This document shows positions 46,939-58,983 of a stretch of 64,000 nucleotides of DNA, one piece after another; position 1 is the first letter of the stretch; the number at the start of each line of letters is the position of its first letter. A program made the translations under genes and the position numbers. The notes under the pieces are model-generated. The model did no database searches, was not told the DNA's origin, and saw only the letters and a list, made by a program, of their open reading frames with translations. Location: positions 1-64,000 of the forward strand of contig CAWFDF010000008.1 in NCBI GenBank assembly GCA_963814585.1, in the 5' to 3' direction. The stretch is from an uncultured delta proteobacterium (GTDB lineage: Bacteria > Myxococcota > Myxococcia > Myxococcales > Anaeromyxobacteraceae).

Positions 46939-49899
46939 TCAGGGGTTGGCGGCGGTCTTCTCGCGCAGCCTCTCGGCCAGGGCCTTCGCCTCCTTGAGCA
47001 CGGGCGAGTCGGGGTCGGCCCGCTTCCAGGCCTCGATCAGCGAGTTCACCTGCTGGCGGGCCTCGGCCCGGCGGCCGAGGACCTCGAGGGCCCGCGCCTG
47101 GACGATCCGGGCGCGCGGCCAGGCCCAGGTCTTCCAGTAGCCGCCGCCGAAGGTCCGGTCGAACCGCTCCATGGCCGCGAGCGCCTCGGCGTGCCGGCCC
47201 CGCGCCGCCTCGATCTCCCCGAGCGTGTACAGCGAGATGACCCTGTAATCGTCCTTGCCCTCGGTGAGCGGACGGAGCGCGGCGGCGGCCTCCTCGTGCC
47301 GGCCGCCCCGCCAGGCGGCCATGCCCCGGTAGAGCGCCTCGGCGGCCGATCCCGGCTCGATGGTGCGCGCCAGCTCGGCGGCGCGAGGCAGGTCGCCCAG
47401 CATGGCCGCCACCGCCGCCAGCCGCTCCCGCTTCTTCCGGGCCTCGACCGTGGCGTCGCCGCCGGTCTCCTGCCAGGCGCTCACCAGCGCCGCCAGCTCG
47501 GCGCGCGCCTGGACCAGCTGGCCGTCGCCGAAGAAGTGGAGCATCCGGCTCTCGTGGTAGGCCGGCGATGCCGCGCCCGGGCTCGCCTCGCGCAGCCCCT
47601 CCAGCGCCCGGAGCGCCTCGCGGCGGCGTCCCTGCAGCGCCAGCGCCGCGGCGTACTGGCTCGAGGCCAGGGCCCGCTCCCGCTTGCTCCTCCGGGGTTC
47701 GGCCGCCAGCACCGAGCTGGTCAGGCCCTCGGCCGCCTCGAAGTCGCCGTGGTGGAGCAGGATCTCCACCAGCGTGCCGCGGGTCCAGGTGTTCGGCTCC
47801 AGCTGGAAGGCCCGGCGAGCGCTCTCCAGGGCCTCGTCCAGCTTCCCGGCCTGCGCCAGCGAGGTCGCCAGGGCCCGGTAGGAGGTCGCCCCGGGGGACT
47901 GCTCCACCCAGCGCCGGGCGCGGACCAGCAGCTCGTCGTTCCGGCCGAGGATGCGCAGGCAGTCCGCCAGGTGGAGCTGGGCCGGCTCCCAGGTCGGGTC
48001 GAGCAGCAGGGCCCGGTCGAAGAGCGGGAGGGCCAGCTCGGCCTTCCCCTCGTGGAAGTGGAGGTCCGCCGCCAGGTAGAGGACCTCCTTCTCCTGCGGC
48101 CAGGCCTCCACCGCCCTGGCGTACAGCCCGTGGGCCTCGTCGCTCCGCTTCTCCATGTGGGCCTGCCAGGCCCGGATGAGGAGCCGCTCCTTCTCCCCCA
48201 CCTTGGCGCTGTTGGCCACCGCGGCCTCGATGTGCTGCTTGCGCTCGGCCGCCGGCAGCTCGATGAACTCGCCCAGGTAGGCGATCTGGTAATGGGCCAG
48301 GGCGAAGCCGGGGTCGGCCCGGAGCGCCTCGCGGAACTCGGCGATGGCCTCCTCGTAGCGGGTGCGCTCCTCCTGCTGCTGCCCGCGGAAGTAGTGCTCG
48401 TAGGCCTCCAGGCTGGCGGTGGTGGCCTCGGCCACCTTGACGCGCGAGGCCTGCACCTGGGCCGGCGCCTCCCGCAGGCGCTGGCGGATCTGCTCGGAGA
48501 GCCGGTCGATGAGCCCGGGGATGCTCGCCTTGGAGGTCCCCTGCTCCTTCACGGCGAAGAGGTACTGGTCGGAGGCCGGGTCGAGCACCTGCATCTCGAT
48601 GGCGTAGACCTCGTCGAAGCGCCGGATGGTGGCGAGCACCAGCGCCTGGACCCCGGCCTTCCGCCCCAGCTCGCGCCCCAGCACCTCGTCGATGCGGGCC
48701 GCCGGCTCCTTGCCCATCTGGCGCAGCAGGTCGAACATGCGCGCCCGGGTGAGCACCTGCAGGTGCCGCGACTGCTCCAGCGAGGTGATGAGCATGCCGG
48801 AGAGGCCGTTCAGGTCGGCCTGGCCCGTCTCGTTGGCGAAGTCGGCCACCGCGACCGGGATCCGGGCGGCGGGCGCCCGCTGGGCGCTCAGCCGCAGCAC
48901 GCCCGCCGACACCAGGGCCAGCAGGACCAGCACCGCGGCGATCCCCCAGGCCAGGGGCTTGCCGCGACGGCGCGGGCCACCCAGCGCCCGCTCGGCCGAG
49001 AGCAACGACTCCAGGGCGGCCCGGGCCCCCCTGGGCCTCCCGGCGGGCTCCCGGGAGAGGGCCTGCCCGAGGAAGGGGCGCACCGCCCGTGGCAGGCCGT
49101 CGAGCCTCGGCGCTGGGCCGGGGTCCAGCGCGGTGCTGCGCCCGCCCTTCACCTCGTACGGGAGGCGCCCGGTGAGCATCTGGTGCAGCATGACGCCCAG
49201 GGCGAAGAGGTCGGTGCGCTCGTCGTCGGCCTCGCCGCGCCACTGCTCCGGCGCCATGTACGCGGGGGTGCCCCCCTTCTCGCCGCTCCCGGAGCCGAAG
49301 ATCCGGGAGAGGCCGAAGTCGAGGATCTTGGCGCCTCCGTCGGCGGTCAGCATCACGTTGGAGGGCTTGAGGTCGCGGTGCAGCACGCCGGCGCCGTGGG
49401 CATGGGCCAGGCCGCGGGCCACCTCCGCCGCGATGCGGACCGCCTCCGGCGGCAGGATCGGGCCCCGCTCCAGCCGCGCCTCCAGCGTCTCGCCGTGGAG
49501 CCGTTCCATCACCAGGAAGGTGGTGGCGTCGGCCCGGCCGGCGTCGTGGAGCGTGACGATGTTCGGGTGGTTGAGCTGGGCCGCCGCCTCGGCCTCCTGC
49601 CTGAGCATGGCGGTGTGCTGCGGATCGTGCCGGCGGGCGCGGACGGTCTTCACCGCCACCAGCCGGCCCAGCTCGCGGTCCCGGGCCTCGTAGACCACCC
49701 CGAAGCCGCCGCGGCCGATCTCCCGGAGGATCTCGTAGCGCCCCAGGGTCTGCCCCTGCCGCAGCGCCGGAGCGACGTCGTCCAGCGGCGGGCTCGGCGC
49801 CCTCGCCAGGTCCTCGAGCAGCGCCGAGAGCGCGCCGCGCCGGACCGGGGCGGCCACTCCAGGCTCGGGCTCCACCGGCTGGTTCTCGGCGGGAGGCAT
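46939..49899 (-). CDS. Membrane-anchored Hanks-type Ser/Thr protein kinase with TPR-rich C-terminal region
   Basis: IGRGGFGVVY, VAVK, HRDLKPSN, DFG and GTPAYMAPE, followed by a TM helix, 'VAVADFANETG' domain and TPRs. Confidence 0.92.
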   Translation of the reverse strand: MPPAENQPVEPEPGVAAPVRRGALSALLEDLARAPSPPLDDVAPALRQGQTLGRYEILREIGRGGFGVVYEARDRELGRLVAVKTVRARRHDPQHTAMLRQEAEAAAQLNHPNIVTLHDAGRADATTFLVMERLHGETLEARLERGPILPPEAVRIAAEVARGLAHAHGAGVLHRDLKPSNVMLTADGGAKILDFGLSRIFGSGSGEKGGTPAYMAPEQWRGEADDERTDLFALGVMLHQMLTGRLPYEVKGGRSTALDPGPAPRLDGLPRAVRPFLGQALSREPAGRPRGARAALESLLSAERALGGPRRRGKPLAWGIAAVLVLLALVSAGVLRLSAQRAPAARIPVAVADFANETGQADLNGLSGMLITSLEQSRHLQVLTRARMFDLLRQMGKEPAARIDEVLGRELGRKAGVQALVLATIRRFDEVYAIEMQVLDPASDQYLFAVKEQGTSKASIPGLIDRLSEQIRQRLREAPAQVQASRVKVAEATTASLEAYEHYFRGQQQEERTRYEEAIAEFREALRADPGFALAHYQIAYLGEFIELPAAERKQHIEAAVANSAKVGEKERLLIRAWQAHMEKRSDEAHGLYARAVEAWPQEKEVLYLAADLHFHEGKAELALPLFDRALLLDPTWEPAQLHLADCLRILGRNDELLVRARRWVEQSPGATSYRALATSLAQAGKLDEALESARRAFQLEPNTWTRGTLVEILLHHGDFEAAEGLTSSVLAAEPRRSKRERALASSQYAAALALQGRRREALRALEGLREASPGAASPAYHESRMLHFFGDGQLVQARAELAALVSAWQETGGDATVEARKKRERLAAVAAMLGDLPRAAELARTIEPGSAAEALYRGMAAWRGGRHEEAAAALRPLTEGKDDYRVISLYTLGEIEAARGRHAEALAAMERFDRTFGGGYWKTWAWPRARIVQARALEVLGRRAEARQQVNSLIEAWKRADPDSPVLKEAKALAERLREKTAANP

Positions 49900-50200
49900 G
49901 AGAGAAGATCGTAAGGCGTCCGTGCCCGCGCGCCTAGGGGCAAGCGCCGGAAGGGTCCATCCGGCGAGCAGGGTCCCGGCCACCCAGCCAGGACGGGTGC
50001 GAACCGAGGTACGAGGTCCGCCTGGCCCTCGGCCGCGACCACGAGCCCTGGATCACGGCGATCTGGTCGATTCCACGGCCGGAATGGCGGCACATCGAAG
50101 GGTCACGGATGGCCCCGACGCGTCTCCGTTCTCAGGACCACCGACTCCTGCACTCTCCCGTGCCGCCGCGCTCCCGTCTCCACACGAGGCTCCACCTCAC

Positions 50201-52366
50201 ATGCTCCTCTCCTCGCTGGCCTGCTCCCTGATGCTGACCGCCGCTCCCCCCACCCCCGCCGCCCCGTCCAACCCGCTGCTCGCCCCCTGGGCTGGCCCGT
50301 ACGGCGGCGTCCCGCCCTTCGCCACGGCCCGGGTCGAGCAGCTCAAGCCGGCGCTGGAGGCCGCCATGGCGGAGGAGCTGGCCGCCGTCGCCGCCATCGC
50401 CGCCAACCCGAAGCCCCCCACCTTCGACAACACCATCGCGGCGCTGGAGCGCTCCAGCCGCACGCTCGACCGGGTCCGGACCATCTACGACGTCTTCGGC
50501 GGCACCATGAGCACGCCCGCCTTCCAGGCGGTCGAGACCGAGATGGACCCGCGGCTGGCGGCCCACCGCGACCGCGTCGTCCAGGACGAGAAGCTCTTCG
50601 CCCGGATCCAGGCGGTCTACGACGGGCGCGAGAAGTCAGGCCTCTCCCCCGAGCAGAAGCGGCTCAGCTGGGTCTACTGGAACGCCTTCGTCCGGGCCGG
50701 TGCGCGGCTCGACGCGGCCTCCAAGGTCCGGGTCGCCGCCATCAACCAGCGGCTGGCCAGCCTCTTCACCGCCTTCTCGCAGAACCTGCTCGGCGAGGAG
50801 TCGGAGCTCCGGCTGGTGCTGGAGCGGGAGTCGGACCTGGCCGGCCTGCCAGCCTCGGTCCGGGCCGCCGCCGCCGAGGCGGCCACCGCGGCCAGGCTCC
50901 CCGGGAAGTGGGTGATCTCCAACACCCGCTCCAGCGTCGAGCCCTTCCTCACCAACTCGACCAACCGGGCGCTGCGCGAGCAGGCCTGGAGGATGTTCGT
51001 CACCCGTGGCGACCACGGGGACGCCCGCGACAACAAGAAGCTCATCACCGAGATCCTCCAGCTGCGCGGCGAGCGGGCCCGGCTGCTCGGCTACCCCACC
51101 CACGCCCACTGGAACACCGACGACAACATGGCGAAGACGCCGGAGCGGGCCGTCGCGCTCATGGAGGCGGTCTGGCCGGCGGCGCTGGCCCGGGTCGGCG
51201 AGGAGGTGGCCGACATGCAGGCCATCGCCGATCGGGAGGCGGCCGGGCTGACCATCGAGCCGTGGGACTACCGCTTCTACGCCGAGAAGGTCCGCAAGCA
51301 GAAGTACGACCTGGACGGGGCCGAGGTGAAGCCCTACCTGCAGCTGGAGCAGTTGCGCGAGGGGATGTTCTGGGTGGCCGGCCGGCTCTTCGACCTCCAC
51401 TTCACGCCGGCCACCGGCCTCCCGGTGATCCACCCCGACGTGCGGGTCTGGCAGGTCAAGGACGGCGCCGGCACGCTGGTCGGTCTCTGGTACTTCGACC
51501 CGTACGCCCGGGCCGGCAAGCGGTCCGGCGCCTGGATGAACGCCTACCGGGACCAGGAGCGGTTCGACGGCCCCGTCACGACCATCGTCTCCAACAACTC
51601 CAACTTCGTGAAGGGGGCGCCCGGCGAGCCGGTCCTGATCGGCTGGGATGACGCCGATACCCTCTTCCACGAGTTCGGCCACGCCCTGCACGGCCTGGCC
51701 TCCAGCGTCACCTACCCGTCGGTCTCCGGGACCTCGGTGCCCAGCGACTACGTCGAGTTCCCCTCCCAGATCCTGGAGCGCTGGCTCTCCACGCCCGAGC
51801 TGCTGGAGCGGTTCGCCCGGCACGTCAAGACCGGCCAGCCCATGCCCCAGGCGCTGCTCGCCAAGATCGAGAAGGCCTCCCGGTTCAACCAGGGGTTCGC
51901 CACCGTCGAGTACCTGTCGTCGGCGCTGGTCGACATGAAGATCCACCTGGCCACTGGCCCGGTCGACCCGGCGGCCTTCGAGCGGGACACCCTCGCAGCG
52001 CTCGGCATGCCGCGTCAGATCGTCATGCGCCACCGGCTCCCCCAGTTCGCCCACCTCTTCTCCAGCGACGGCTACGCGGCCGGCTACTACAGCTACCTCT
52101 GGTCCGACAGCATCAGCGCCGACGCCTTCGAGGCCTTCACCGAGGCCACCGGGCCCTACGACGCCGGGGTGGCCCGCAAGCTCAAGGCCCACGTCTTCTC
52201 GGTGGGGAACTCGGTCGACCCGGTCGAAGGGTACCGAGCCTTCCGCGGGCGAGATCCGGGGGTCGGGGCCCTGATGCGCCGGCGCGGCTTTCCCGAGCCG
52301 AAGCCGTCCCCGGTCCAGGCCCCCGCCCAGGCGCCGGCCCAGGTCCCTGCCACCACCCGGCCGTAG
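50201..52366 (+). CDS. dcp: M3 family metallopeptidase (peptidyl-dipeptidase Dcp-like), secreted
   Basis: Signal peptide, NPLL, GKRSGAWM, FHEFGHALH, DYVEFPSQ and YAAGYYSYLW. Confidence 0.88.
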   Translation: MLLSSLACSLMLTAAPPTPAAPSNPLLAPWAGPYGGVPPFATARVEQLKPALEAAMAEELAAVAAIAANPKPPTFDNTIAALERSSRTLDRVRTIYDVFGGTMSTPAFQAVETEMDPRLAAHRDRVVQDEKLFARIQAVYDGREKSGLSPEQKRLSWVYWNAFVRAGARLDAASKVRVAAINQRLASLFTAFSQNLLGEESELRLVLERESDLAGLPASVRAAAAEAATAARLPGKWVISNTRSSVEPFLTNSTNRALREQAWRMFVTRGDHGDARDNKKLITEILQLRGERARLLGYPTHAHWNTDDNMAKTPERAVALMEAVWPAALARVGEEVADMQAIADREAAGLTIEPWDYRFYAEKVRKQKYDLDGAEVKPYLQLEQLREGMFWVAGRLFDLHFTPATGLPVIHPDVRVWQVKDGAGTLVGLWYFDPYARAGKRSGAWMNAYRDQERFDGPVTTIVSNNSNFVKGAPGEPVLIGWDDADTLFHEFGHALHGLASSVTYPSVSGTSVPSDYVEFPSQILERWLSTPELLERFARHVKTGQPMPQALLAKIEKASRFNQGFATVEYLSSALVDMKIHLATGPVDPAAFERDTLAALGMPRQIVMRHRLPQFAHLFSSDGYAAGYYSYLWSDSISADAFEAFTEATGPYDAGVARKLKAHVFSVGNSVDPVEGYRAFRGRDPGVGALMRRRGFPEPKPSPVQAPAQAPAQVPATTRP

Positions 52367-52415
52367 GGTCCCGGGCGCGCCATCCGGCCCGCGGGTGCAT
52401 GGTAGCTTCCCGGCC

Positions 52416-52958
52416 ATGCGCTCGCCGGCCGGCCTCGCCCTGCTCGCCCTGCTCGCCGCCTGCCAGGGGGGCAGCGGCACGCCAGCCGGCCCGGTGGCAG
52501 GGCCCAGCGCGGTGGCCCAGTCCGGCGTCGCCGCCAGCAACGAAGTGGCCGCCCCCGCGCCGGTCCTCGAGCTCACCGGAACCGCGGCCTTCGCCACCTC
52601 CGGCACCGGGACCACCTCCCTCCAGGCCGGCAGCGAGACCGGCGTGGACCCGCGGTCCAGCTTCCGGGTGGAGCTCGCCGCAGCCTTTCCCGACGCCCGC
52701 CTCTCGCTGCTCGACGCCGGAGACGCCATGGTGCCCGCCTCCGGGACCCGCGAGGTGGGCCAGGCCACCCTCCTGACCCTGGCCCCCACCGCGGCGCTGC
52801 CGGCCGGGGCTCGCCTTCGGCTTCGCGTCGATGGGGCCGCCACCCGCGAGCTCCACGGCGCCGACGGTCGGCGCTTCGCGCCCGTCGAGTGGCCGGTGCT
52901 GGTGGCCGGGGAGCCGCCCGACAGGAAACCGCCGGGTCGCAAGGGCAAGCGCCGCTGA
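52416..52958 (+). CDS. Hypothetical lipoprotein (Ig-like/Big_5-like)
   Basis: Lipobox LLAAC and beta-rich 'LTLAPTAALPAGARLRLRV'. Confidence 0.6.
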   Translation: MRSPAGLALLALLAACQGGSGTPAGPVAGPSAVAQSGVAASNEVAAPAPVLELTGTAAFATSGTGTTSLQAGSETGVDPRSSFRVELAAAFPDARLSLLDAGDAMVPASGTREVGQATLLTLAPTAALPAGARLRLRVDGAATRELHGADGRRFAPVEWPVLVAGEPPDRKPPGRKGKRR

Positions 52959-53053
52959 GCGCCGGCCCCTCATGGCGCCACCCACTTGGCCCGATCCCTG
53001 TTGCAGCACGTGCTGCTTGCCTGCGCCGGGCCCAGGCCAGGCGAGGGGCGCCG

Positions 53054-53452
53054 TCAGCCGCGGGCCGCCGCCTCGATGACCGGCAGCACCGGCAGGTCGG
53101 CCTCGCAGAAGTCGTACTCGGCGAGCGTCCCGGGGCGCGCCCAGGCGAGCGCGGCCACGCCCAGGGCCTGGGGCTCGGCCCCGTCCGGCAGCCGGCACAG
53201 GTAGAAGGCCAGCTCCACCTCGAGATCGTCGTACCGGTGGCGGTGCCTGGCCAGCAGCGTGCCCACCTCGAGGCTGCAACCGAGCTCCTCGAGGATCTCG
53301 CGCCGGAGCGCCGCGGGCTCGGGCTCGCCGGGCTCCACCTTGCCGCCCGGGAACTCCCACTGGCCGCCGCGCTCGGCGCCGTCGAGGCGCCTGCTGACGA
53401 GGACTCCGGCCGGTCCGCGGATCACCGCCGCCACCACGCGGACCGTCCGCAC
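53054..53452 (-). CDS. MutT/NudG-like NUDIX hydrolase
   Basis: WEFPGGKVEPGE...ALRREILEELG Nudix box. Confidence 0.88.
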   Translation of the reverse strand: MRTVRVVAAVIRGPAGVLVSRRLDGAERGGQWEFPGGKVEPGEPEPAALRREILEELGCSLEVGTLLARHRHRYDDLEVELAFYLCRLPDGAEPQALGVAALAWARPGTLAEYDFCEADLPVLPVIEAAARG

Positions 53453-53460
53453 CGGGGGGC

Positions 53461-54552
53461 CTACTCCAGGTCGAGCGCCAGCAGCCTGCCGGCGTTGGAG
53501 AGGGCGTAGACCCGGCGGCCCCGGACTCCCGGTGTCGCCGCGACGCCCGAGCCCGGATCCAGCAGCCGGACCAGCCGGCCGGTGGCCGCCTCGTAGAAGC
53601 GCAGGCCGCCGTCGTGGGCCGGGACCAGCAGCCACCGTCCCGCCATCCGCAGGTCACCGCCGGCGGCGCCCTGCAGCGGCGCCTTCCAGTTGACCTTGCC
53701 GTCCCTGGCCGAGAGCGAGACCACCTCCTTCGAGGTCACCGCCAGCACGGCGCCCCGGTCGACCACCAGGCGGGCCGCGCCCTCGTAAGCCACGGTCCAC
53801 AGCGCCTTCCCGTTCTCGGGGTCGACGGCCAGGATCGCTCCGGAGTAGGCGGCCACGAACAGCCGGCCTCCGGCGACGGCCAGGGAGTCGATGTCCTGGT
53901 AGCGGCCAGAGGGCGCGAGGTGCCGCTCCCAGCGGACCTGGCCGGTGGCCGCTTCCAGGGAAGCGACGGTCCCGTCCGAGTAGGCGGCGAAGACCCGGTC
54001 CCCGTCGACCTGCACCGAGGCAGCTCCCTGGATGGTGAAGCCCTCGCCGAGATCGCGCCGGTGGTGCCACTTCCAGGCGCCGCTGGCCGCCTCCACCGCG
54101 AAGACGGTGTCCTCCAGGCTGGCCACCACCACCAGGCCCTGCACCAGCGTCGGGCGGGTCCCGATCTGCTCCTTGGCCTGGTAGGCCCAGCGGAGCGAGC
54201 CGGTGGCCAGGTCCAGGGCGTAGAGGTTGCCGTCGTGGCAGCCGACGTACACCGTCCCGCCCTCGATGAGCGGCTCGCCCGCGAAGGAGCCCTGCCCCTG
54301 GAACTCCCAGGCCAGCTCCCCGTCGGGGCGCACGGCGTGGAGCCATCCATCACGGGTTCCCACCACCACCCACTCCCCGGTGGCGTCCACGGCGACGCCG
54401 CCGGTCTCGCGCGTCTGGTAGTCGCCGAACCGGGTGGCCACCAGCTCCTTCTTCCAGGCGACGCTGTAGACCTGCCGCGGGATGGCCGGCATCCGGCCAG
54501 CCTCGGCCGGCGTCGTGGCCAGCACCAGGGCCGCGAGCGGACCGAGCACCAT
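53461..54552 (-). CDS. bamB: PQQ-like beta-propeller protein (BamB-like)
   Basis: Repeated 'LYALDxxTGxxxW' blades. Adjacent to yfgM and der. Confidence 0.7.
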   Translation of the reverse strand: MVLGPLAALVLATTPAEAGRMPAIPRQVYSVAWKKELVATRFGDYQTRETGGVAVDATGEWVVVGTRDGWLHAVRPDGELAWEFQGQGSFAGEPLIEGGTVYVGCHDGNLYALDLATGSLRWAYQAKEQIGTRPTLVQGLVVVASLEDTVFAVEAASGAWKWHHRRDLGEGFTIQGAASVQVDGDRVFAAYSDGTVASLEAATGQVRWERHLAPSGRYQDIDSLAVAGGRLFVAAYSGAILAVDPENGKALWTVAYEGAARLVVDRGAVLAVTSKEVVSLSARDGKVNWKAPLQGAAGGDLRMAGRWLLVPAHDGGLRFYEAATGRLVRLLDPGSGVAATPGVRGRRVYALSNAGRLLALDLE

Positions 54553-55281
54553 CTACCTGCCGCCCAGCCTGGCGAGCCGCTCGGCGGCCTCTCCCGTCAG
54601 GGCCGACGATCGGTGGGCGTCGGAGAAGGACTCCAGCAGCGTCCGCGCCTCGTCGACCTTGCCGGAGGCGGCCAGAAGCCGGGCCCGCTCCAGGTCGGCC
54701 CGGTCGGCGTGTGCCGGCGCCTCGGCGCCGAGCCGGGTCCAGCCGGACAGCGCCGCGGCCTCGTCGCCCTTTCCCTCCGCGGCCAGCGCCAGCCCCTCGA
54801 GCGCCGAGAAGCGGAAGGAGTCCCCGCGCCTCGCCGTCGAGAGGTAGAGCTGGTAGGCGGTCGCCGCGGCGTCGAACTCGCCGAGGCGAAGGGCCGCGTC
54901 GCCCCTGGCCAGCGCCGCCAGCACGGCCTGCGAGGAGCCGGGGTACTCGGTCAGGACGCGCTCCGCGGCCTGCGCCACGGCCCGCTGGCGGGCGGCGTCG
55001 CTCGGGAAGAACGGCCCGGGCAGGCCGGGCAGGGGCACGGCGCTGATCTCGGCGCCGGCGATCCGGTACACCTCGGAGAGGAGCGCCGCGGCCCCGGCCG
55101 AGCGCCGATCCCGGTAGCCCAGGATGGCCAGGCTGGCGATCAGCGCCACCACCAGGGCGCCGCCGGCGATCACCGACTGGCGGCGGTGGCCGGTGAGCCA
55201 CGACGCGGCCTCCCCGGCCGCGACCTGGAACTGGTCGGGCTGCTTGATCTCCTTGCGGCTCAACTCGGTGCTCTTCGACAT
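54553..55281 (-). CDS. TPR membrane protein (YfgM-like)
   Basis: N-terminal 'RKEIKQPDQF', one TM helix and TPR helices. Confidence 0.75.
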   Translation of the reverse strand: MSKSTELSRKEIKQPDQFQVAAGEAASWLTGHRRQSVIAGGALVVALIASLAILGYRDRRSAGAAALLSEVYRIAGAEISAVPLPGLPGPFFPSDAARQRAVAQAAERVLTEYPGSSQAVLAALARGDAALRLGEFDAAATAYQLYLSTARRGDSFRFSALEGLALAAEGKGDEAAALSGWTRLGAEAPAHADRADLERARLLAASGKVDEARTLLESFSDAHRSSALTGEAAERLARLGGR

Positions 55282-55328
55282 GAGGCCTCGCGGGGCTCGG
55301 CTCGCCCAAGCATTGGAAAAGTCGCGGT

Positions 55329-55357
55329 AATCTAGGTGGACGACCCGCCAGCGTCAA
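55329..55357 (-). promoter_or_regulatory. Putative sigma70 promoter for yfgM-bamB-mutT
   Basis: Minus strand TTGACG-N17-TAGATT. Confidence 0.6.
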
Positions 55358-55391
55358 GCGGAAGCCGAAGCCGGTCGGGCCGGGCCGGCCG

Positions 55392-56804
55392 TCATCCCTC
55401 GGACCGGCGCGGGCGCTTGCGGCGCTTCCGCTCCCGGAAGACCAGGCGCATCGGCACCTCGAGCCCGAAGGCCTTCCGGAAGCGGTTCTCGACGTAGCGG
55501 CGGTAGCCGTCGCCGATCGCCTCGGGCCTCCCGCAGTTGATGACGAAGGTGGGCGGCGCGTAGGCGACCTGGGCGACGTAGAACAGCTTCACCGGGCGCC
55601 CACCGGACGTCGGCGCCGGGTGCTCCTCCTGGACCTGCTGGAGCAGCTCGTTGAGCTGCGGGGTGGGGAAGCGGGCGCGGAACTGCTCCACCAGCCGGGC
55701 GGCCCGGTCCAGCACCTGGCCGACCCCCTTCCCCGCCCTGGCCGAGACGAAGACCATCGGCGCGAAGGCGACGAAGGGGAGCCGCTTCCCGAGCTCCTGC
55801 CGGTACCAGTCCTGGGTCGCCCCGGCCTGCTCGGCCACGTCCCACTTGTTCACCACCACCACCAGCGCCTTGGCCTTCTCCAGCACCAGCGCCAGCAGCT
55901 TGGCGTCCTGGTCGACGCCGGCCTCGGTGGCGTCCAGCATCACCGCCACCACCTCGGCGTCGTCCATGGCCTTCATGGAGCGGACCACCGAGTAGCTCTC
56001 GATGGTCGTGGAGATCGTGGACTTCCGCCGGATCCCCGCGGTGTCCGTCACCACGAAGCGCCGTCCGCCGTGGATCACCAGCGAGTCGATGGCGTCGCGA
56101 GTGGTGCCGGCCACCTCGGAGACCACGAAGCGCTCCTGGCCCAGCAGCGCGTTGACGAAGGTCGACTTGCCGACGTTGGGCCGCCCCACGATGGCGATGC
56201 GGATGTCCCCGGTGGGGCGCTGGTCCTCGGTGACCTCGTCCGGCTCCTCCCCGGCGTCGGTGAAGGGCTCGAGCTCGGGCGCCGGGGGGGCCGGCTCGAT
56301 GCCCAGCGCGGCCACCACGGCCTCCAGCAGCTCGGCGGTGCCACGGCCGTGCTCGGCCGAGACCGCGAAGACCTCGCCGAAGCCCAGCTCGTAGAACTCG
56401 GCCAGCGGGATCTCGCCCTCGGTCTTGGAGGTGTCGACCTTGTTGACCGCCACGAAGAAGGGCTTCCTGGAGCGTCGCAGCAGGTCGGCCACCGAGCGAT
56501 CGACGTTGGTCAACCCCTCGCGGCCGTCCACCACCAGCACCACGGCGGCCGCCTCCTCGGCGGCGAGCTGGGCCTGCTGGCGGACCTGGGCCATGAGCCG
56601 GTCGCGCGACTCGGGCTCGAAGCCCCCGGTGTCGACCAGCGAGAGCGCCCGCCCTTCCCAGACCAGGTCGGCGTAGTTCCGATCGCGGGTCACGCCGGGG
56701 AGGTCCTGGACGATGGCGACCCGTCGCCCCACCAGCCGGTTGAAGAGCGTCGACTTGCCGACGTTGGGGCGCCCGACCAGGGCGATGACGGGGCGCGCGC
56801 TCAC
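55392..56804 (-). CDS. der: Ribosome biogenesis GTPase Der
   Basis: Two G domains ([14 protein letters not shown]...[18 protein letters not shown]...DTAGIR) and a KH-like C-terminus. Confidence 0.96.
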   Translation of the reverse strand: MSARPVIALVGRPNVGKSTLFNRLVGRRVAIVQDLPGVTRDRNYADLVWEGRALSLVDTGGFEPESRDRLMAQVRQQAQLAAEEAAAVVLVVDGREGLTNVDRSVADLLRRSRKPFFVAVNKVDTSKTEGEIPLAEFYELGFGEVFAVSAEHGRGTAELLEAVVAALGIEPAPPAPELEPFTDAGEEPDEVTEDQRPTGDIRIAIVGRPNVGKSTFVNALLGQERFVVSEVAGTTRDAIDSLVIHGGRRFVVTDTAGIRRKSTISTTIESYSVVRSMKAMDDAEVVAVMLDATEAGVDQDAKLLALVLEKAKALVVVVNKWDVAEQAGATQDWYRQELGKRLPFVAFAPMVFVSARAGKGVGQVLDRAARLVEQFRARFPTPQLNELLQQVQEEHPAPTSGGRPVKLFYVAQVAYAPPTFVINCGRPEAIGDGYRRYVENRFRKAFGLEVPMRLVFRERKRRKRPRRSEG

Positions 56805-57745
56805 GTCACCAGCCTTCGGACCGCAGCGTCCCTCTCGGTCCAGCGCTCGTCGACCTTGACGGTGATGGCCAGGTAGACCCGGGCCCCCAGCAGCTTCTCC
56901 AGCCGCAGCCGCGCGGCCGTGCCGATCTCCTTGAGCAGCGCCCCCTTCTTGCCGATGACGATGGCCTTCTGCGAGTCCCGCTCCACCCGGATGACCGCCG
57001 CGATCCGCACCAGCCCGCCATCCTCGCGCCGCTCGGCCTCGTCGAACTCCTCGACCTCGACCGCCGCCGAGTAGGGCAGCTCCTGCCGGGTCTTCAGCAT
57101 CACCTGCTCGCGGACGTACTCGGCGGCCAGCTGCCGCTCGGCCTGGTCGGTGAGCTGGTCGGCCGGGAAGAGGGGGGCCGGGCTCGGGGGCATGACCTCG
57201 ACCAGCGTGGCCAGGAGGTCGTCCACGTTCTCGCCGGTCAGGGCCGAGAAGGGCACGATGGCCTTCCAGTGATGCAGGTCCTTGTAGGCGGAGATGACCG
57301 GCAGCAGCGTCTCGCGCGGCGCCCGGTCGGCCTTGTTGATCCCGAGGATGGCCGGCTTCCCGCTCCTCGCCACCTCCGCGATCACGGCCCGGGTCCCCTC
57401 CCCGATCTCGACCCGCCCGCCGGGCCCGGTGCCCGCCTCGATCATCAGCAGCGCCGCGTCCACCTCGTGGAGGGTGGAGAGCGCCACCTCGACCATGCGC
57501 CGGTTGAGCGCCCCCTTGGCCTGGTGGACGCCTGGCGTGTCGAAGAAGGCCAGCTGGTACTGGTCGCCGTTGACGATGCCGAGGATGCGGGTCCGGGTGG
57601 TCTGGGGACGGGGCGTGACGATGGCGATGTGCTCGCCGAGCAGCCGGTTGAGGAGGGTGGACTTGCCGACGTTGGGGCGGCCGATCAGGGCGACGAAACC
57701 GGCGCGGAACTGGGGCTTCTTGCTGGGCACGCCCCTCTCTAGCAT
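56801..57745 (-). CDS. era: GTPase Era
   Basis: [31 protein letters not shown] and [11 protein letters not shown]. Confidence 0.96.
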   Translation of the reverse strand: MLERGVPSKKPQFRAGFVALIGRPNVGKSTLLNRLLGEHIAIVTPRPQTTRTRILGIVNGDQYQLAFFDTPGVHQAKGALNRRMVEVALSTLHEVDAALLMIEAGTGPGGRVEIGEGTRAVIAEVARSGKPAILGINKADRAPRETLLPVISAYKDLHHWKAIVPFSALTGENVDDLLATLVEVMPPSPAPLFPADQLTDQAERQLAAEYVREQVMLKTRQELPYSAAVEVEEFDEAERREDGGLVRIAAVIRVERDSQKAIVIGKKGALLKEIGTAARLRLEKLLGARVYLAITVKVDERWTERDAAVRRLVT

Positions 57746-57808
57746 GCGAAGGCCCGGCGGGCACCTGAGCGCCCCCGGGCCCGCAGGCCAGGAAGAGGCC
57801 GGGATCGG

Positions 57809-58315
57809 CTAGCCGATCGGGCCGCGGGTGATGCTCACCTTCTCCAGCGCCACCTTCTTGTTGCCGGCCCGGCCGATCCTGGGGACCAGCTCGCCGCCCT
57901 TCACGACCTCGCCGAAGATGGTGTGGCCCCGGTTGAGGTGTGGGGTCGGGACCTCGGTGATGAAGAACTGGCAGCCGTTGGTGTTGGGTCCCGAGTTGGC
58001 CATGGCCAGCAGCCCGGGACGGTCGAACTTGTTGTCCGGGCCGATCTCGTCCTCGAACCGGTAGCCCGGCCCGCCGGTGCCGGTGGCGGTCGGATCACCC
58101 CCCTGGATCATGAACTCCGGGATGACCCGGTGGAAGACGGTCCCGTCGTAGAGCGGCGTCCTCGACCTCGTGCCGGTGCCGGGGTGGGTCCACTCCTTGG
58201 TCCCCTCGGCGAGGCCGACGAAGTTCTCCACCGTCCTGGGCGCCTTCTCCGGGAGGAGGCGGATGACGATGTCACCGAGGGAGGTCTTGAAGGTGGCGTG
58301 GATCTGGTCGGCCAT
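57809..58315 (-). CDS. Cyclophilin-type peptidyl-prolyl isomerase (cytoplasmic)
   Basis: [15 protein letters not shown] and [18 protein letters not shown]. Confidence 0.93.
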   Translation of the reverse strand: MADQIHATFKTSLGDIVIRLLPEKAPRTVENFVGLAEGTKEWTHPGTGTRSRTPLYDGTVFHRVIPEFMIQGGDPTATGTGGPGYRFEDEIGPDNKFDRPGLLAMANSGPNTNGCQFFITEVPTPHLNRGHTIFGEVVKGGELVPRIGRAGNKKVALEKVSITRGPIG

Positions 58316-58326
58316 GTCGGCTCCGG

Positions 58327-58974
<648 letters not shown>

Positions 58975-58983
58975 GGCGGGATG